A stretch of DNA of 64,000 bases from a virus. How positions within the stretch are numbered: position 1 is the first letter of the stretch; every line of letters starts with the position of its first letter. The stretch is taken from the IMG/VR virus record IMGVR_UViG_3300017963_007659, positions 96,001-160,000 of that record; one strand, given 5' to 3'. Shown in pieces: positions 8,947-18,415 of the stretch. Below the pieces are notes generated by a model, which did not search any database, was not told the DNA's origin, and saw only the letters and a program-made list of their open reading frames with translations. The position numbers and the translations under genes were made by a program.

Positions 8947-9312
8947 ATGACAGAAGGATTGTTGCTGGAGGCGCTGGCTTCATATCTTGAGGAGCGCGGT
9001 ATTTTTCATAGCCAGGGTGTCTTTCTGGAGATGATCGATGCGGAGATCGAGCGCGTTCAAAAGTCTTTCAGGATTACTCCTGAAAAGAAGAAGGCAGAGA
9101 AGACGTCTCCGAAGAAGGAGAAGATGACGATTGTGACTCTCGACGGTCGTATCATGAACCCAGGAGAAGACGGAGACTACGTCTTGGATGACGAGGGTGT
9201 GCCACGCTTCAAGAATCAACGCCTCCACTATGACACCGTTGTGCAGGTCATCTGTCCCTCCGAGGATAGCCGTCGTGTCTACATCGGGAATCTTGTAGCG
9301 GAAGAGCCGTAG
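8947..9312 (+). CDS. Hypothetical protein
   Basis: GAGGT RBS, tight gene packing. Confidence 0.65.
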   Translation: MTEGLLLEALASYLEERGIFHSQGVFLEMIDAEIERVQKSFRITPEKKKAEKTSPKKEKMTIVTLDGRIMNPGEDGDYVLDDEGVPRFKNQRLHYDTVVQVICPSEDSRRVYIGNLVAEEP

Positions 9313-9630
9313 ATGCTAGCCTACAAGCTCTTTCGTGTCCGGAAGAAAGGGACTCTCGGGTCTCTCTTTATCAACAGGCGAGCTGTGCTCCCCTTGGGAC
9401 AGTGGATGGAAGCGGAAGCTCATGAGACCAAAGGCTATGCCTACCGTCCTGGGTGGCACGCTCTGGCGAAGCCTGTAGCGCCTCATCTTAGTCTGAAGGG
9501 AAGAGAGTGGTACCAGGTCGAGATCGACGACTACGAGGAGCACACGCGCCCTGAGAGCCAAGGTGGGAAGTGGTTCGTGGCTCAACGCCTGAAGATCCTT
9601 GGGAAGGTGCCTGATACAGAATTTTCTTGA
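9313..9630 (+). CDS. Hypothetical phage protein
   Basis: AYKLFRVRKKGTLGSLFIN...RPGWH; abuts the upstream stop. Confidence 0.7.
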   Translation: MLAYKLFRVRKKGTLGSLFINRRAVLPLGQWMEAEAHETKGYAYRPGWHALAKPVAPHLSLKGREWYQVEIDDYEEHTRPESQGGKWFVAQRLKILGKVPDTEFS

Positions 9631-9671
9631 CATAGGGGACGGATTCTTGTAGTGTGGTTCTAGTTGGAGGG
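9627..9671 (+). promoter_or_regulatory. Early sigma70-type promoter + RBS cassette
   Basis: TTGACA-17 nt-TAGTGT-GGTTCTAGTTGGAGG. Confidence 0.9.
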
Positions 9672-9678
9672 AAGAAAC

Positions 9679-10113
9679 ATGCTCGCACAAGAATTCGAGA
9701 TGACGGTACGCGCAATTCAGACAGGTCAGCTTTCAACTGAAGACCCCAAGACGTGTGCTTGTCGTGGTGGCGGCTGGATTCTCACCGACTTCGATACTTG
9801 GCATGAGTGCCCTCTTCATCACCGCAAGGGCATGGCACACCCCGAAGACTGTTATCCGACTCCGTGGCTTCGAGTCACCGTTGAACACACGGACGGTTCT
9901 CCGTACTCGGGAGTTATTGGCTTCGAGCCTGATGGAGACAGAATTGAGAACAACGGTCCTCTTTACAACCTTCCTGAGACTGAGAAAGACGACCTAGAGA
10001 AGGCTCGTGGCGTAGCTCGTCGTCTCCGTGACCAGATTGGTCGCTACCAGGCTAAGGGCTACATCGCGGCGAAAGACATTCGTGTTCGTCTGGCGCGAGT
10101 GTGGGTCGATTGA
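9679..10113 (+). CDS. Hypothetical early protein
   Basis: CACRGGGWILTDFDTWHECPLH; behind a promoter cassette. Confidence 0.75.
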   Translation: MLAQEFEMTVRAIQTGQLSTEDPKTCACRGGGWILTDFDTWHECPLHHRKGMAHPEDCYPTPWLRVTVEHTDGSPYSGVIGFEPDGDRIENNGPLYNLPETEKDDLEKARGVARRLRDQIGRYQAKGYIAAKDIRVRLARVWVD

Positions 10114-10116
10114 GGG

Positions 10117-10161
10117 TTGACAGGGGTAGGGGATTCTGGTAGTGTGGTTCTAGTTGGAGGG
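10117..10161 (+). promoter_or_regulatory. Early sigma70-type promoter + RBS cassette
   Basis: TTGACA-17 nt-TAGTGT-GGTTCTAGTTGGAGG. Confidence 0.9.
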
Positions 10162-10162
10162 C

Positions 10163-10507
10163 ATGATGGATAACATGGTCAGAAACGAGTACGGAGTCTG
10201 CGAATCGAATCCTCTTCCAGAAGGGTTCCACGACGAAGATTGTGTGGCTATCGTTCCTTGGGACTACGCTGAGCTGGCGAAGGTCACCCGATTCCGCCTC
10301 ATTTCGGACCCTGGATTCCCGATGTGGGACGTGAGCTACTGCATCGGACGTCTCCGCAATGGAGACAAAGTGTACGTTCAGCTTCCCTTCGGTCAGCTCT
10401 CGAAGAGGCGCTGGAAGACCGACTTGATTCATTATGCCAAGGCTGATGGCGTCTACGCCAAGCGGCTGGGCTTCTTCAACGCCGACGTCGTTTCCGCTCT
10501 CATCTGA
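10163..10507 (+). CDS. Hypothetical early protein
   Basis: ORF behind a promoter cassette. Confidence 0.75.
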   Translation: MMDNMVRNEYGVCESNPLPEGFHDEDCVAIVPWDYAELAKVTRFRLISDPGFPMWDVSYCIGRLRNGDKVYVQLPFGQLSKRRWKTDLIHYAKADGVYAKRLGFFNADVVSALI

Positions 10508-10526
10508 CTCTCTCCTCAGAAAGTTG

Positions 10527-10575
10527 TTGACAGTAGGTAGGGGATTCTGGTAGTGTGATCTCAGTTGGTTGGAGG
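10527..10575 (+). promoter_or_regulatory. Early sigma70-type promoter + RBS cassette
   Basis: TTGACA-18 nt-TAGTGT-GATCTCAGTTGGTTGGAGG. Confidence 0.9.
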
Positions 10576-10580
10576 AAAGC

Positions 10581-10919
10581 ATGTACCAAGGAAATTCCCA
10601 GTGTCGTTACCAGAAAATGTACCAGGACATGGAAAGCTTCGATGGCAACCTTCGGAATCTCTCACGTCGTGCTCTGGAGATGATCTCTGACCGCCATCCC
10701 GATTGGGAGGCTTGGGCTAAGGCACAGAAGCTTTCTAATGAGGCTATGTCCATAACCTCCAGTCTCGCGGGGATTGTCCTTCATGTCGGGTCTGACGCCA
10801 ATCTTCAATTTGTCTACAGCAGTGTAGATAAGTCGTTCGAGGAATGCTGTGCAATGCAGCGAGAAATCGAAGAGAGTCTGAAGTCATCTGGGCTGCTCTT
10901 GCCTCAAGACCTACCGTAG
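10581..10919 (+). CDS. Hypothetical early protein
   Basis: ORF flanked by two near-identical promoter cassettes. Confidence 0.75.
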   Translation: MYQGNSQCRYQKMYQDMESFDGNLRNLSRRALEMISDRHPDWEAWAKAQKLSNEAMSITSSLAGIVLHVGSDANLQFVYSSVDKSFEECCAMQREIEESLKSSGLLLPQDLP

Positions 10920-10926
10920 AAAGTTG

Positions 10927-10974
10927 TTGACAAGGGTAGGGGATTCTGGTAGTGTGATCTCAGTTGGTTGGAGG
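10927..10974 (+). promoter_or_regulatory. Early sigma70-type promoter + RBS cassette
   Basis: TTGACA-17 nt-TAGTGT-GATCTCAGTTGGTTGGAGG. Confidence 0.9.
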
Positions 10975-10979
10975 AAAGC

Positions 10980-11294
10980 ATGTCGAACGAAAGTCTCCTA
11001 GCTCTTCACTACGCGCAGATGGCTCAAGAGATCGAAGACGACCAGGCGAAGATCAGCAAGGATGACTTTGACCTTGTAGTCGACTGCACACACTGGAGTG
11101 GTAAGCGCCGACACAAGCTGTCGGACGAGGACATGTTCCGTGTCTGGACGACGGCTAACGGCTTCGGCAAAGTCACCATCGAATACATCGCGGAGAAGCT
11201 GGAGTGGGACTGGTCGCATATCCGCGACTCAGATTCCACGGCGATTGCTGCGATAGCGACCTATCTGCGGGAGCAGGGATGCGACCGTCTGTAG
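10980..11294 (+). CDS. Hypothetical early protein
   Basis: ORF behind a promoter cassette. Confidence 0.75.
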   Translation: MSNESLLALHYAQMAQEIEDDQAKISKDDFDLVVDCTHWSGKRRHKLSDEDMFRVWTTANGFGKVTIEYIAEKLEWDWSHIRDSDSTAIAAIATYLREQGCDRL

Positions 11295-11306
11295 AAAGGA
11301 GATGCC

Positions 11307-11840
11307 TTGAAACCTATTGAGACACTACTGCATTGCACGATGAAGAGGGACTACGTTGTTGGGCTCTCTCGTCAGAAAGTCCATACCGTGTGCCCTGGTA
11401 TTGTCCCCGGCAAGCCGTGGGCGAGTTTGCTAACTGCTGCTCTCCTTTGTGTAGTCTCAGTTTTCCATATCTTCCACATGGTTGCGGAGAATGAAGAAGG
11501 TGCTCTACAAGCCTTGTTCTTGGTAGGTATCATTTCTCTCGCTGCCTTCAATGTTGACTCGTTTTTCCTAGGTCTTCAGTGGAAGCTGCGCGAGAAGGTA
11601 GGAGCCAACGAAACCTGCAAGGTTATCGTGCATTTGGAAGACGGTGACGAGAGGACGTTCTCCTTCAGATCGGAGAACATCTGTGACGTAGCGTATGAGA
11701 ACCTCGCTGATGCGTTCGAGTCACAGTCTGAAGCTCGGAAAGACTATATCGAGTTCGATTACTACTCCTACCTACGAGACCAAGAAGCGGAAGAAGCAGA
11801 AGCGGCTGTGATTGCTGCTCAAGCCAAAGACCCCTCCTGA
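11307..11840 (+). CDS. Membrane protein (two predicted TM segments)
   Basis: Hydrophobic segments WASLLTAALLCVVSVFHIF and LFLVGIISLAAFNV; AAGGAG RBS. Confidence 0.65.
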   Translation: MKPIETLLHCTMKRDYVVGLSRQKVHTVCPGIVPGKPWASLLTAALLCVVSVFHIFHMVAENEEGALQALFLVGIISLAAFNVDSFFLGLQWKLREKVGANETCKVIVHLEDGDERTFSFRSENICDVAYENLADAFESQSEARKDYIEFDYYSYLRDQEAEEAEAAVIAAQAKDPS

Positions 11841-11873
11841 AAATCTAGTCAAAGTATCCTACAAGGAGTTCCT

Positions 11874-12236
11874 ATGAGCGATGAAAACGACCGAGTGCTG
11901 TACGTTCTGTTGTACAGTGGAGAAGTCACACTGGTATCTCCAGACCGTGAACACACCATAGATGAAGCTAACTTTTCCGTCAACGAAAGGATCGGCGATC
12001 ACTGGCGGCACGACCTTCCCTTGGAGGCCACAGAGAAGCTATGTCGGGAGATAGATGTAGAGGTGCATACGCTCAATGCGGAGAGCCGGATGGAGCTTCC
12101 TTTTCAAGAATGGGTTGACACCTACTACCGCGAGATGAAGGAAAACGAGGGGAAGCAGGAGGAGCGCGACTACAAGCGTTACCTGGAGCTGCATGAGCGA
12201 TTCAAGGCTCGTCGCCGCGCGGAGAAATCGCAGTAA
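11874..12236 (+). CDS. Hypothetical protein
   Basis: AAGGAG RBS, TAGTCAAAGTA motif upstream. Confidence 0.75.
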   Translation: MSDENDRVLYVLLYSGEVTLVSPDREHTIDEANFSVNERIGDHWRHDLPLEATEKLCREIDVEVHTLNAESRMELPFQEWVDTYYREMKENEGKQEERDYKRYLELHERFKARRRAEKSQ

Positions 12237-12284
12237 TACGGGGTTACGTGTAGGTGGGACTCTCACCTTACCAAGGAGCATCGC

Positions 12285-13997
12285 GTGCCCTATCTACCCG
12301 AAGATTTTGAATTTACCGCATGGTCTGATGCTGAGGAATACTACCAGGACCTCGAATCCAGGAAGATCACCAACGTCGACCGTGCAATTCAATGGCTTCA
12401 AGATTGGGGAGAAGTCCGTGAGCATCTGGATTGCTACTACGATGATCTGTACCTCCGTATCCACCTCGATACCACGGACGAGGATGCTAAGAAGGCGTAC
12501 CACACATACAACGAGGACATCTCTCAGAAGGAGTCTGAGTGGAACAACAATCTGTGTAAAAAGCTTCTTGGACTCTCGTTTCTCGCCGACATAGCGAAGA
12601 TACCTGGCTATGACATCATCATTAAGAGCATGCAGGTCGCCGCAGCTCTCTTCAATGAGGAAGCGTTGATCATAGGTGGGGAGGAAGATACCGAAGCCTC
12701 AAAGTCCTCGGAGTTGCATAGCTCGTTGACGCTCCGCTTCAAAGGAAAGGTGCTCACTCTGGACGCTGGGATGTCTCACCTGGACTCCAAGGACCGTTCT
12801 GTTCGTGAAGAGGTTTACAGGAAGGTCGCTGCTGCTCGGAAGAGTGTCCAAGAACCTCTCAACGAGCTGATGACCTCCCTCATCGAAAAGCGTGTCAAGA
12901 TCGCCAAGTTGTGCGGGCACGATGACTACCCTCAGTACAACTTCTTGGATCGACGACGCCTCGACTACGGAAGGGAAGATTGCTACGCCTTCCACGCTGC
13001 GGTGCAGAAAGAGGTCAAGCCTGTCTACAACAAGATCCATGAGTTGAAGCGCCAACGACTTGGGGTAGACACCTTTCGACCATGGGACCTCCACTGTGAT
13101 GCTTATGGTGACGAGAGGATCATCCCCTACAAAGACATCCCAGACCTGTACACGCGCGTCTACCACATGCTGCGAGAGATCGACGAGGAAGCTGCTCGAC
13201 GCTTCGTACAGCTCGAAGCCAATGACAGACTCGACCTGGAGTCTCGCCCCAAGAAAGCCCCTGTAGGCTTCCAGACGACCTCCTTGTCGAAGAAGCTACC
13301 CTTCATCTTCCTGAGTTGCGCTCAAGCCCTGGAGGACCTCTCCTCGGTCGTACATGAGATAGGGCATGCCCTCCACTCCTTCAAGATGTATCCCTTAGAG
13401 GTGTACAACTGGAAGATCCCTACCAGCGAAGTTGACGAGCTGGCTTCTACGACGATGGAGATGCTCGTCCTGGATCATCTGGAGACCTTCTTCGATGGAC
13501 GAGATGACGCCAAGAGGGCAGCCAAACGAATCAAACTTGCCTCCTTGGATGAGATCTGTCGTCTGCTGACGTGGGTATCGTGCATAGACCGCTTCCAATT
13601 CTTCCTGTATGACTTCCCCGACGCTACACCAGAAGACAGAGATGCGAAGTGGATGGACATCATGGACCGGTACGATTCCGATGTCATTCAGTGGGGAGAC
13701 TTGGAGTGGTATAGGAGTCTCCTGTGGCAGAGACAGAGCCACATCTTCGAGAACCCCTTCTACTATATCGAGTACGGGATCTCTCAGCTCGGAGCCCTCT
13801 CCGTCTGGAAGCGCTACAAGAATGACCCAGAAGAGGCGATAGCTTGCTACAAGAAGGCGTTGTCTCTCGGCTACAGTAGAAGCGTCCCGGAAATCTATGC
13901 AACGGCTGGAGCCCCCTTCGACTGGAGCCCCGAGAGGTTCCGCGACCTTATGCAGTTCGTTTTGGATGAGTACAAAGAGACAGCTAAAGGATTGTAA
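12285..13997 (+). CDS. pepF: Oligoendopeptidase F (peptidase family M3B)
   Basis: VVHEIGHALH zinc motif, EVDELAS, QSHIFENPFYYIEYGISQLGAL, LSLGYSRSVPEIYATAG; 570 aa. Confidence 0.92.
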   Translation: MPYLPEDFEFTAWSDAEEYYQDLESRKITNVDRAIQWLQDWGEVREHLDCYYDDLYLRIHLDTTDEDAKKAYHTYNEDISQKESEWNNNLCKKLLGLSFLADIAKIPGYDIIIKSMQVAAALFNEEALIIGGEEDTEASKSSELHSSLTLRFKGKVLTLDAGMSHLDSKDRSVREEVYRKVAAARKSVQEPLNELMTSLIEKRVKIAKLCGHDDYPQYNFLDRRRLDYGREDCYAFHAAVQKEVKPVYNKIHELKRQRLGVDTFRPWDLHCDAYGDERIIPYKDIPDLYTRVYHMLREIDEEAARRFVQLEANDRLDLESRPKKAPVGFQTTSLSKKLPFIFLSCAQALEDLSSVVHEIGHALHSFKMYPLEVYNWKIPTSEVDELASTTMEMLVLDHLETFFDGRDDAKRAAKRIKLASLDEICRLLTWVSCIDRFQFFLYDFPDATPEDRDAKWMDIMDRYDSDVIQWGDLEWYRSLLWQRQSHIFENPFYYIEYGISQLGALSVWKRYKNDPEEAIACYKKALSLGYSRSVPEIYATAGAPFDWSPERFRDLMQFVLDEYKETAKGL

Positions 13998-14000
13998 CTT

Positions 14001-14366
14001 ATGGCTAAAGCTAAGCTCTACAAGAAGAAAGAGACCATCCTACAGAAGAAGATCACACATACCATCCAACTTGATACTGTGATGAATGAACTTGTTCGCC
14101 GTATGAAGGAAGGCAACTTCAAGTTGGAGATAGAGAATACAAAGAAGTCCAGTGGGTCCACGTCCACACTAGACCTCCATCTGTGTATTGGAAGAGACCC
14201 TAATCTTCGGGTGGGTGGTCCTATCGTTCGGCTCACGACGGACTTGAGCGGAGATGACATCGCGAAGCTGCTTGGAACTGAGGAGATCGTCGCCGACTGC
14301 ACGAGTGCTGATGTTCTCTGCGACGATAGGGACATCGTTATCACGAAGCTCGTCAGTGAGGAATGA
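14001..14366 (+). CDS. Hypothetical protein
   Basis: ORF in operon. Confidence 0.65.
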   Translation: MAKAKLYKKKETILQKKITHTIQLDTVMNELVRRMKEGNFKLEIENTKKSSGSTSTLDLHLCIGRDPNLRVGGPIVRLTTDLSGDDIAKLLGTEEIVADCTSADVLCDDRDIVITKLVSEE

Positions 14367-14367
14367 C

Positions 14368-15399
14368 ATGAAAGCTCTAGAACGCTATGAAGCTAAACCT
14401 GCTGAGGGAGAGGAAGTCTCCTGTTGCAGTTTTAATGGGATCATGATGGAGGTCTACGACAAGAAGCAGGAGAAGGTCGTGGGGACCTTCCCTTGTGAGG
14501 CGGGCTACGGCACGCACCTCTTCCATCCCTTCAGCCACAAGGGCAAGGACTACGCGCTCTACTCACCGGACCATACTTGTAGCCGAGTGCTGGCTCTTCC
14601 GTCCTGTGAGGATGTGGATGGGGAGATCTCGCATTCGTTGGGCTTCTGTCCGGTGGATTTCTACGTACCGACTCTTGAAGACTTCCCGTACAACAAGTAC
14701 CTTGGGCGTCCAGAGCCAGATGAGTATCCCTTCGGCTTTGTGTCTGGATGCATCTGGGGTGACGACAGGTCATGGAAGCTCCAGTTCGTTGACTTCAAGA
14801 ATCTCGACGAAGGGAAGGTCACGTTCGACGACCGTCTGGGGTACTTCGTTCTCCCGCACCATCTGTCGATCAAGGAAGCCATTGCCGGTATCCAGTACGA
14901 CCCGTCTGGAGAGAAGTACTCCTACATCAGCTTGGCGCAAGGGGTGGAGAAGTGCATCTACGACCAGGAGAAGGCTCCTGCGTACATGCTGGAGTCCAAG
15001 AAGGAGGAGTCGACGATTCTGGTAGAGGTATTTTTCAACTTCAAGAATGGAAACTTCGAGATCTGCAAGTACCTGCTGCCTATTGGTCCTCAGTGGGATG
15101 ATGGGATTCTTGAAGACCTCTACTGTGCCCTCTGTGATGTGCACAAGCTGGAGGATCCTGAGTTCAAGGGACCGCTCTACACCTACGATGAAGAGGATGA
15201 TGAGAATTTCGTGCTGCCTCCTCTCGACGAGGAGCTGAAGCGCTTCCACCATGAGATCTGTCTCGTTACAGGTCAGCACAAACCAGTCAAAGAGAAAGAG
15301 GATCTTGTCTATAATGCGTGGCTTGAGCATCGGGTCAACGTAGACAAAATAGTCAAGTCCCTCAATGCGTTCTACAGTATCGACGTGAACGTTGACTAA
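14368..15399 (+). CDS. Hypothetical protein
   Basis: GAGGA RBS before MKALERY; phage-like codon usage. Confidence 0.75.
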   Translation: MKALERYEAKPAEGEEVSCCSFNGIMMEVYDKKQEKVVGTFPCEAGYGTHLFHPFSHKGKDYALYSPDHTCSRVLALPSCEDVDGEISHSLGFCPVDFYVPTLEDFPYNKYLGRPEPDEYPFGFVSGCIWGDDRSWKLQFVDFKNLDEGKVTFDDRLGYFVLPHHLSIKEAIAGIQYDPSGEKYSYISLAQGVEKCIYDQEKAPAYMLESKKEESTILVEVFFNFKNGNFEICKYLLPIGPQWDDGILEDLYCALCDVHKLEDPEFKGPLYTYDEEDDENFVLPPLDEELKRFHHEICLVTGQHKPVKEKEDLVYNAWLEHRVNVDKIVKSLNAFYSIDVNVD

Positions 15400-15528
15400 A
15401 TAAGCAGCAAGAAGCTGAAGAGGTTGAGGACGATGAGTGAAGCGAACTGGACTTACCACTTCGGTGTGCCGATTGAAGTAGAGACAGAGTGAGGGTTATC
15501 TCCACCCATCTGACCAAGGAGTGAAGCT

Positions 15529-15852
15529 ATGGAACAGTTCAAGATCAGTGATTTCTACGATGTCGAGAAGCGGAACGCTATCCTCGCCAATGGTGGTATG
15601 CCTGCCGTGCGTGCCTACCTTGAGAGCGTCCTGGCGCAGATAGAGGATGCGCCGACGCAAGAGGAGCGCGTGGAGCGCTTTGACAAGGTGTTCGGGCACC
15701 TTTTCTCCGCGACTCTTGACCATGAGGTACTCGCAGCCTACGTCCTCCAGAACAATCCCGGCGACATCCATGAAGGAGGTCTCTCCACTAACGTCATCCG
15801 CCTCCTCAAAGAGCTGGACGTCAGGAGAAAGAACGTGCCTTTCGCAGGCTAG
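15529..15852 (+). CDS. Hypothetical protein
   Basis: AAGGAG RBS, GGTTATC motif upstream. Confidence 0.75.
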   Translation: MEQFKISDFYDVEKRNAILANGGMPAVRAYLESVLAQIEDAPTQEERVERFDKVFGHLFSATLDHEVLAAYVLQNNPGDIHEGGLSTNVIRLLKELDVRRKNVPFAG

Positions 15853-15879
15853 GTTACTGTTGCTGTAACGGAGCTGAGA

Positions 15880-16086
15880 ATGAGTGATATCTGTCCTGCC
15901 TGTGGGAACTACGAGAAACCATCGAACGCCAGAGAGGACCACGTGGGAAGCTTTCTCCAGTGGCTCGACCAGAACGACATCTGCCTTCGTCGTCTAGGTG
16001 ACGAAGAGATTCTGGACAACGATGAGATCCTCCAGCAGCATGTCGATGTGCTGCGAGAAGAAGAGGATGACTCTGGCGAGTGGTAG
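15880..16086 (+). CDS. Small protein with CPAC motif
   Basis: ORF with GGAG RBS. Confidence 0.6.
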   Translation: MSDICPACGNYEKPSNAREDHVGSFLQWLDQNDICLRRLGDEEILDNDEILQQHVDVLREEEDDSGEW

Positions 16087-16125
16087 CGGCGTCAGAACTT
16101 CAAACTGAAGCCGTCAAAGAGATGT

Positions 16126-16935
16126 ATGGAAAATGATCCTGTACATCTCAAAGACTTCGTGAAGCGGTGGAAGGACAAGGCTGAGGAGCCCCATCCTTAT
16201 GGGAAGAGCACTCGCACTGTCATGAAGCGGTATGCTTCCTTCCCGGAACTCTACAAGAATGACGATGGTGAGTTCCTTGGTATCATCGACCCGGAGAGCG
16301 GGGAGAAGATCGAAGCTCCCTGGAGTGCCTATCTGCTCGCTCTCATGGAGTACGGCTATAGTCATCTAGACACGGGACGTACATTTCTTTCTGGAGTGAC
16401 AGAGTTCAATCCTCCGGGACCAGGGCCTGCTGGGTTCCCAGAGGCGAAGTCTATTCTTGTAGAGACCTGCAAGCCTCGTTGGGGTGGTGATTACTACTTC
16501 CAGACGCTGAGTTCGACGCTGGAAGGCGAGTACCGTTCTATCAAGGATGATATCTACACGCCTTGTTACATCGCGGCAATGCAGCAAGGAATGAGACTTA
16601 GAGATTGGGACAACGAGGTCAGTGACATCTATCCGGACAGAACTGAAGAAAAGCTGGCTGCTCTCCGGGAGGAGATGGGAGACTTCCCAGAGATGGTTTA
16701 CGAAGGGGACTGGAAGCGAGGCAGCGAGTCGAACCCGATGCGCGGATACAGCGTGTACTACAAGAATGTGCGCTTCGCTGATGAGCTGACCTCCGACCAA
16801 CTTGGTACCTATCAGCACTACCTCTATCTGAACAAGTGCCCTGGCTGGACTGGCGTGTCGATGAACAGGCGTTACGTCACGGAAGACAACGAGAATTCCT
16901 ATACCTTTAGGACGGTCAACGACTCCTCTGGTTGA
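16126..16935 (+). CDS. Hypothetical protein
   Basis: 269 aa ORF. Confidence 0.75.
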   Translation: MENDPVHLKDFVKRWKDKAEEPHPYGKSTRTVMKRYASFPELYKNDDGEFLGIIDPESGEKIEAPWSAYLLALMEYGYSHLDTGRTFLSGVTEFNPPGPGPAGFPEAKSILVETCKPRWGGDYYFQTLSSTLEGEYRSIKDDIYTPCYIAAMQQGMRLRDWDNEVSDIYPDRTEEKLAALREEMGDFPEMVYEGDWKRGSESNPMRGYSVYYKNVRFADELTSDQLGTYQHYLYLNKCPGWTGVSMNRRYVTEDNENSYTFRTVNDSSG

Positions 16936-16963
16936 GAGATGCCATCATACTGGCTTAGAGAGT

Positions 16964-17623
16964 ATGAAAGGTTACCTGGATACAACCATGCAGCTTCCTC
17001 ATTTGATCGACGTCAAAACGAAATACTACAAGTATTCCGCACTTGGGGCTTTCGGTAACCAGCTCAACGTCTGGAGGACCGCTGAGGAGTTTGTAGAGAG
17101 CGGCTACGATGGGAACATCGGGCTTCGCTACGCAGGCTCCGGTTCCGGGGCTCCGTGGCTTGGCAATAAAATCCCATCTGACTGTGCGGTGGTCACGCGA
17201 GAGATCTTGGCGGAACAGGAAGGCTACAACAAGGACGACTTCGTGTTCTGTGAGGCTGCTCCAGATCATCTTCTCACGTTCCAAGGGGAAGTCCAGCAAG
17301 CGGTCGGTGGTTTATCCCTTCGCTACACCTACGAGAAGTGCAACATGAGACATGCCTTCAAGATTGAGGAGCTGCATGCCTCTGGTGTAGCCGCGCTCTA
17401 TCTGATGCGGAAGCACCTGTCTCCAGCGAGCTACGACGACTTCCAGATACTCTTTGACTGGTTTCCTGGACACGTCGTCGAGTTCGCTAGCTTCTCTCTT
17501 CCGGTGGGGTGGGCATCTGGGCGCAACACCGTGGTGTGGGAAGTGCGAAAAGATGGGGTACCTCCTGGATGGCATGCGTTGGAGCGGAAGTGCCGTCCTG
17601 GACATAGAGAATGCCACGAATGA
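16964..17623 (+). CDS. Hypothetical protein
   Basis: 219 aa ORF. Confidence 0.75.
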   Translation: MKGYLDTTMQLPHLIDVKTKYYKYSALGAFGNQLNVWRTAEEFVESGYDGNIGLRYAGSGSGAPWLGNKIPSDCAVVTREILAEQEGYNKDDFVFCEAAPDHLLTFQGEVQQAVGGLSLRYTYEKCNMRHAFKIEELHASGVAALYLMRKHLSPASYDDFQILFDWFPGHVVEFASFSLPVGWASGRNTVVWEVRKDGVPPGWHALERKCRPGHRECHE

Positions 17624-17640
17624 CGTGGTAAGGAGTTGTC

Positions 17641-18387
17641 ATGCACAGTAAGCTCAAAAAAGGATTGACAATTGGGACGATAGTCTTTGCTGTCGTTCTC
17701 GCTATTGTTGTCGCGGTTCTGCTCATTGTTGGAATCACTGGTCATGATGAAGCAACCTTCATGGAGGTGTGTCGGCACGGAGACCGGGTCCTGTACTTCG
17801 ATCAAGGCATAGAAGGAGAGAGGTCTGATGGCGAAGTCGCATGTGAGAGGACTACAGAACCTCTGTGGACGAAGGCGAGCTTCCCGCTTACCGTCACCGC
17901 GCTATCGCATGACGGCAAGGTACTTCAAAGAGACCACGACGCGTGGCGGGCGATCGACCAAGCCCTGGAAGATGCCAACTCCCAATTTGGATTCCAAGCG
18001 TTTCAAAAGGTGGCACCCGGATCTCCAGCTACCGTCACCATCTTCTGGGGAGTCCCCTACGGAAACGGTCCAGCGGAGCGAGCCGAGGGCTACGTTAGCC
18101 ACTTCTACAACAGGGACGGATCAACAGATCTCGTATCTGGTAATGAGGCATGCGACTCCAACGGGCTATGCGCTCACGTTGGAATACGTGCGATTGCATC
18201 CGAGCGCGTCAGTTACATCGTCTTGGTCCACGAACTTGGGCACGTCCTATTTCTCGGACACGACGACTACACAGCCTCCGTGATGTACCCTCTCTCCTTC
18301 GATGACAGTGAAGACGCTACAATCGTCAACTGGACGCGCTTCGTCGATGGGGATGTCGACGCCATCCAAGAGCGCTTCTCTAACTGA
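17641..18387 (+). CDS. Membrane-anchored matrixin/M10-like zinc metalloprotease
   Basis: N-terminal TM helix; HELGHVLFLGH (HExxHxxGxxH variant) and SVMYP Met-turn. Confidence 0.8.
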   Translation: MHSKLKKGLTIGTIVFAVVLAIVVAVLLIVGITGHDEATFMEVCRHGDRVLYFDQGIEGERSDGEVACERTTEPLWTKASFPLTVTALSHDGKVLQRDHDAWRAIDQALEDANSQFGFQAFQKVAPGSPATVTIFWGVPYGNGPAERAEGYVSHFYNRDGSTDLVSGNEACDSNGLCAHVGIRAIASERVSYIVLVHELGHVLFLGHDDYTASVMYPLSFDDSEDATIVNWTRFVDGDVDAIQERFSN

Positions 18388-18415
18388 CTTCAGATTATTC
18401 TAGTCAAAAGAGTGT

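Noticed and set aside
2182-10982. Possible CRISPR array from the repeated 45-50 bp units
   Set aside because: Spacing is irregular and gene-sized, the repeats are promoter+RBS sequences, and no cas genes are present.
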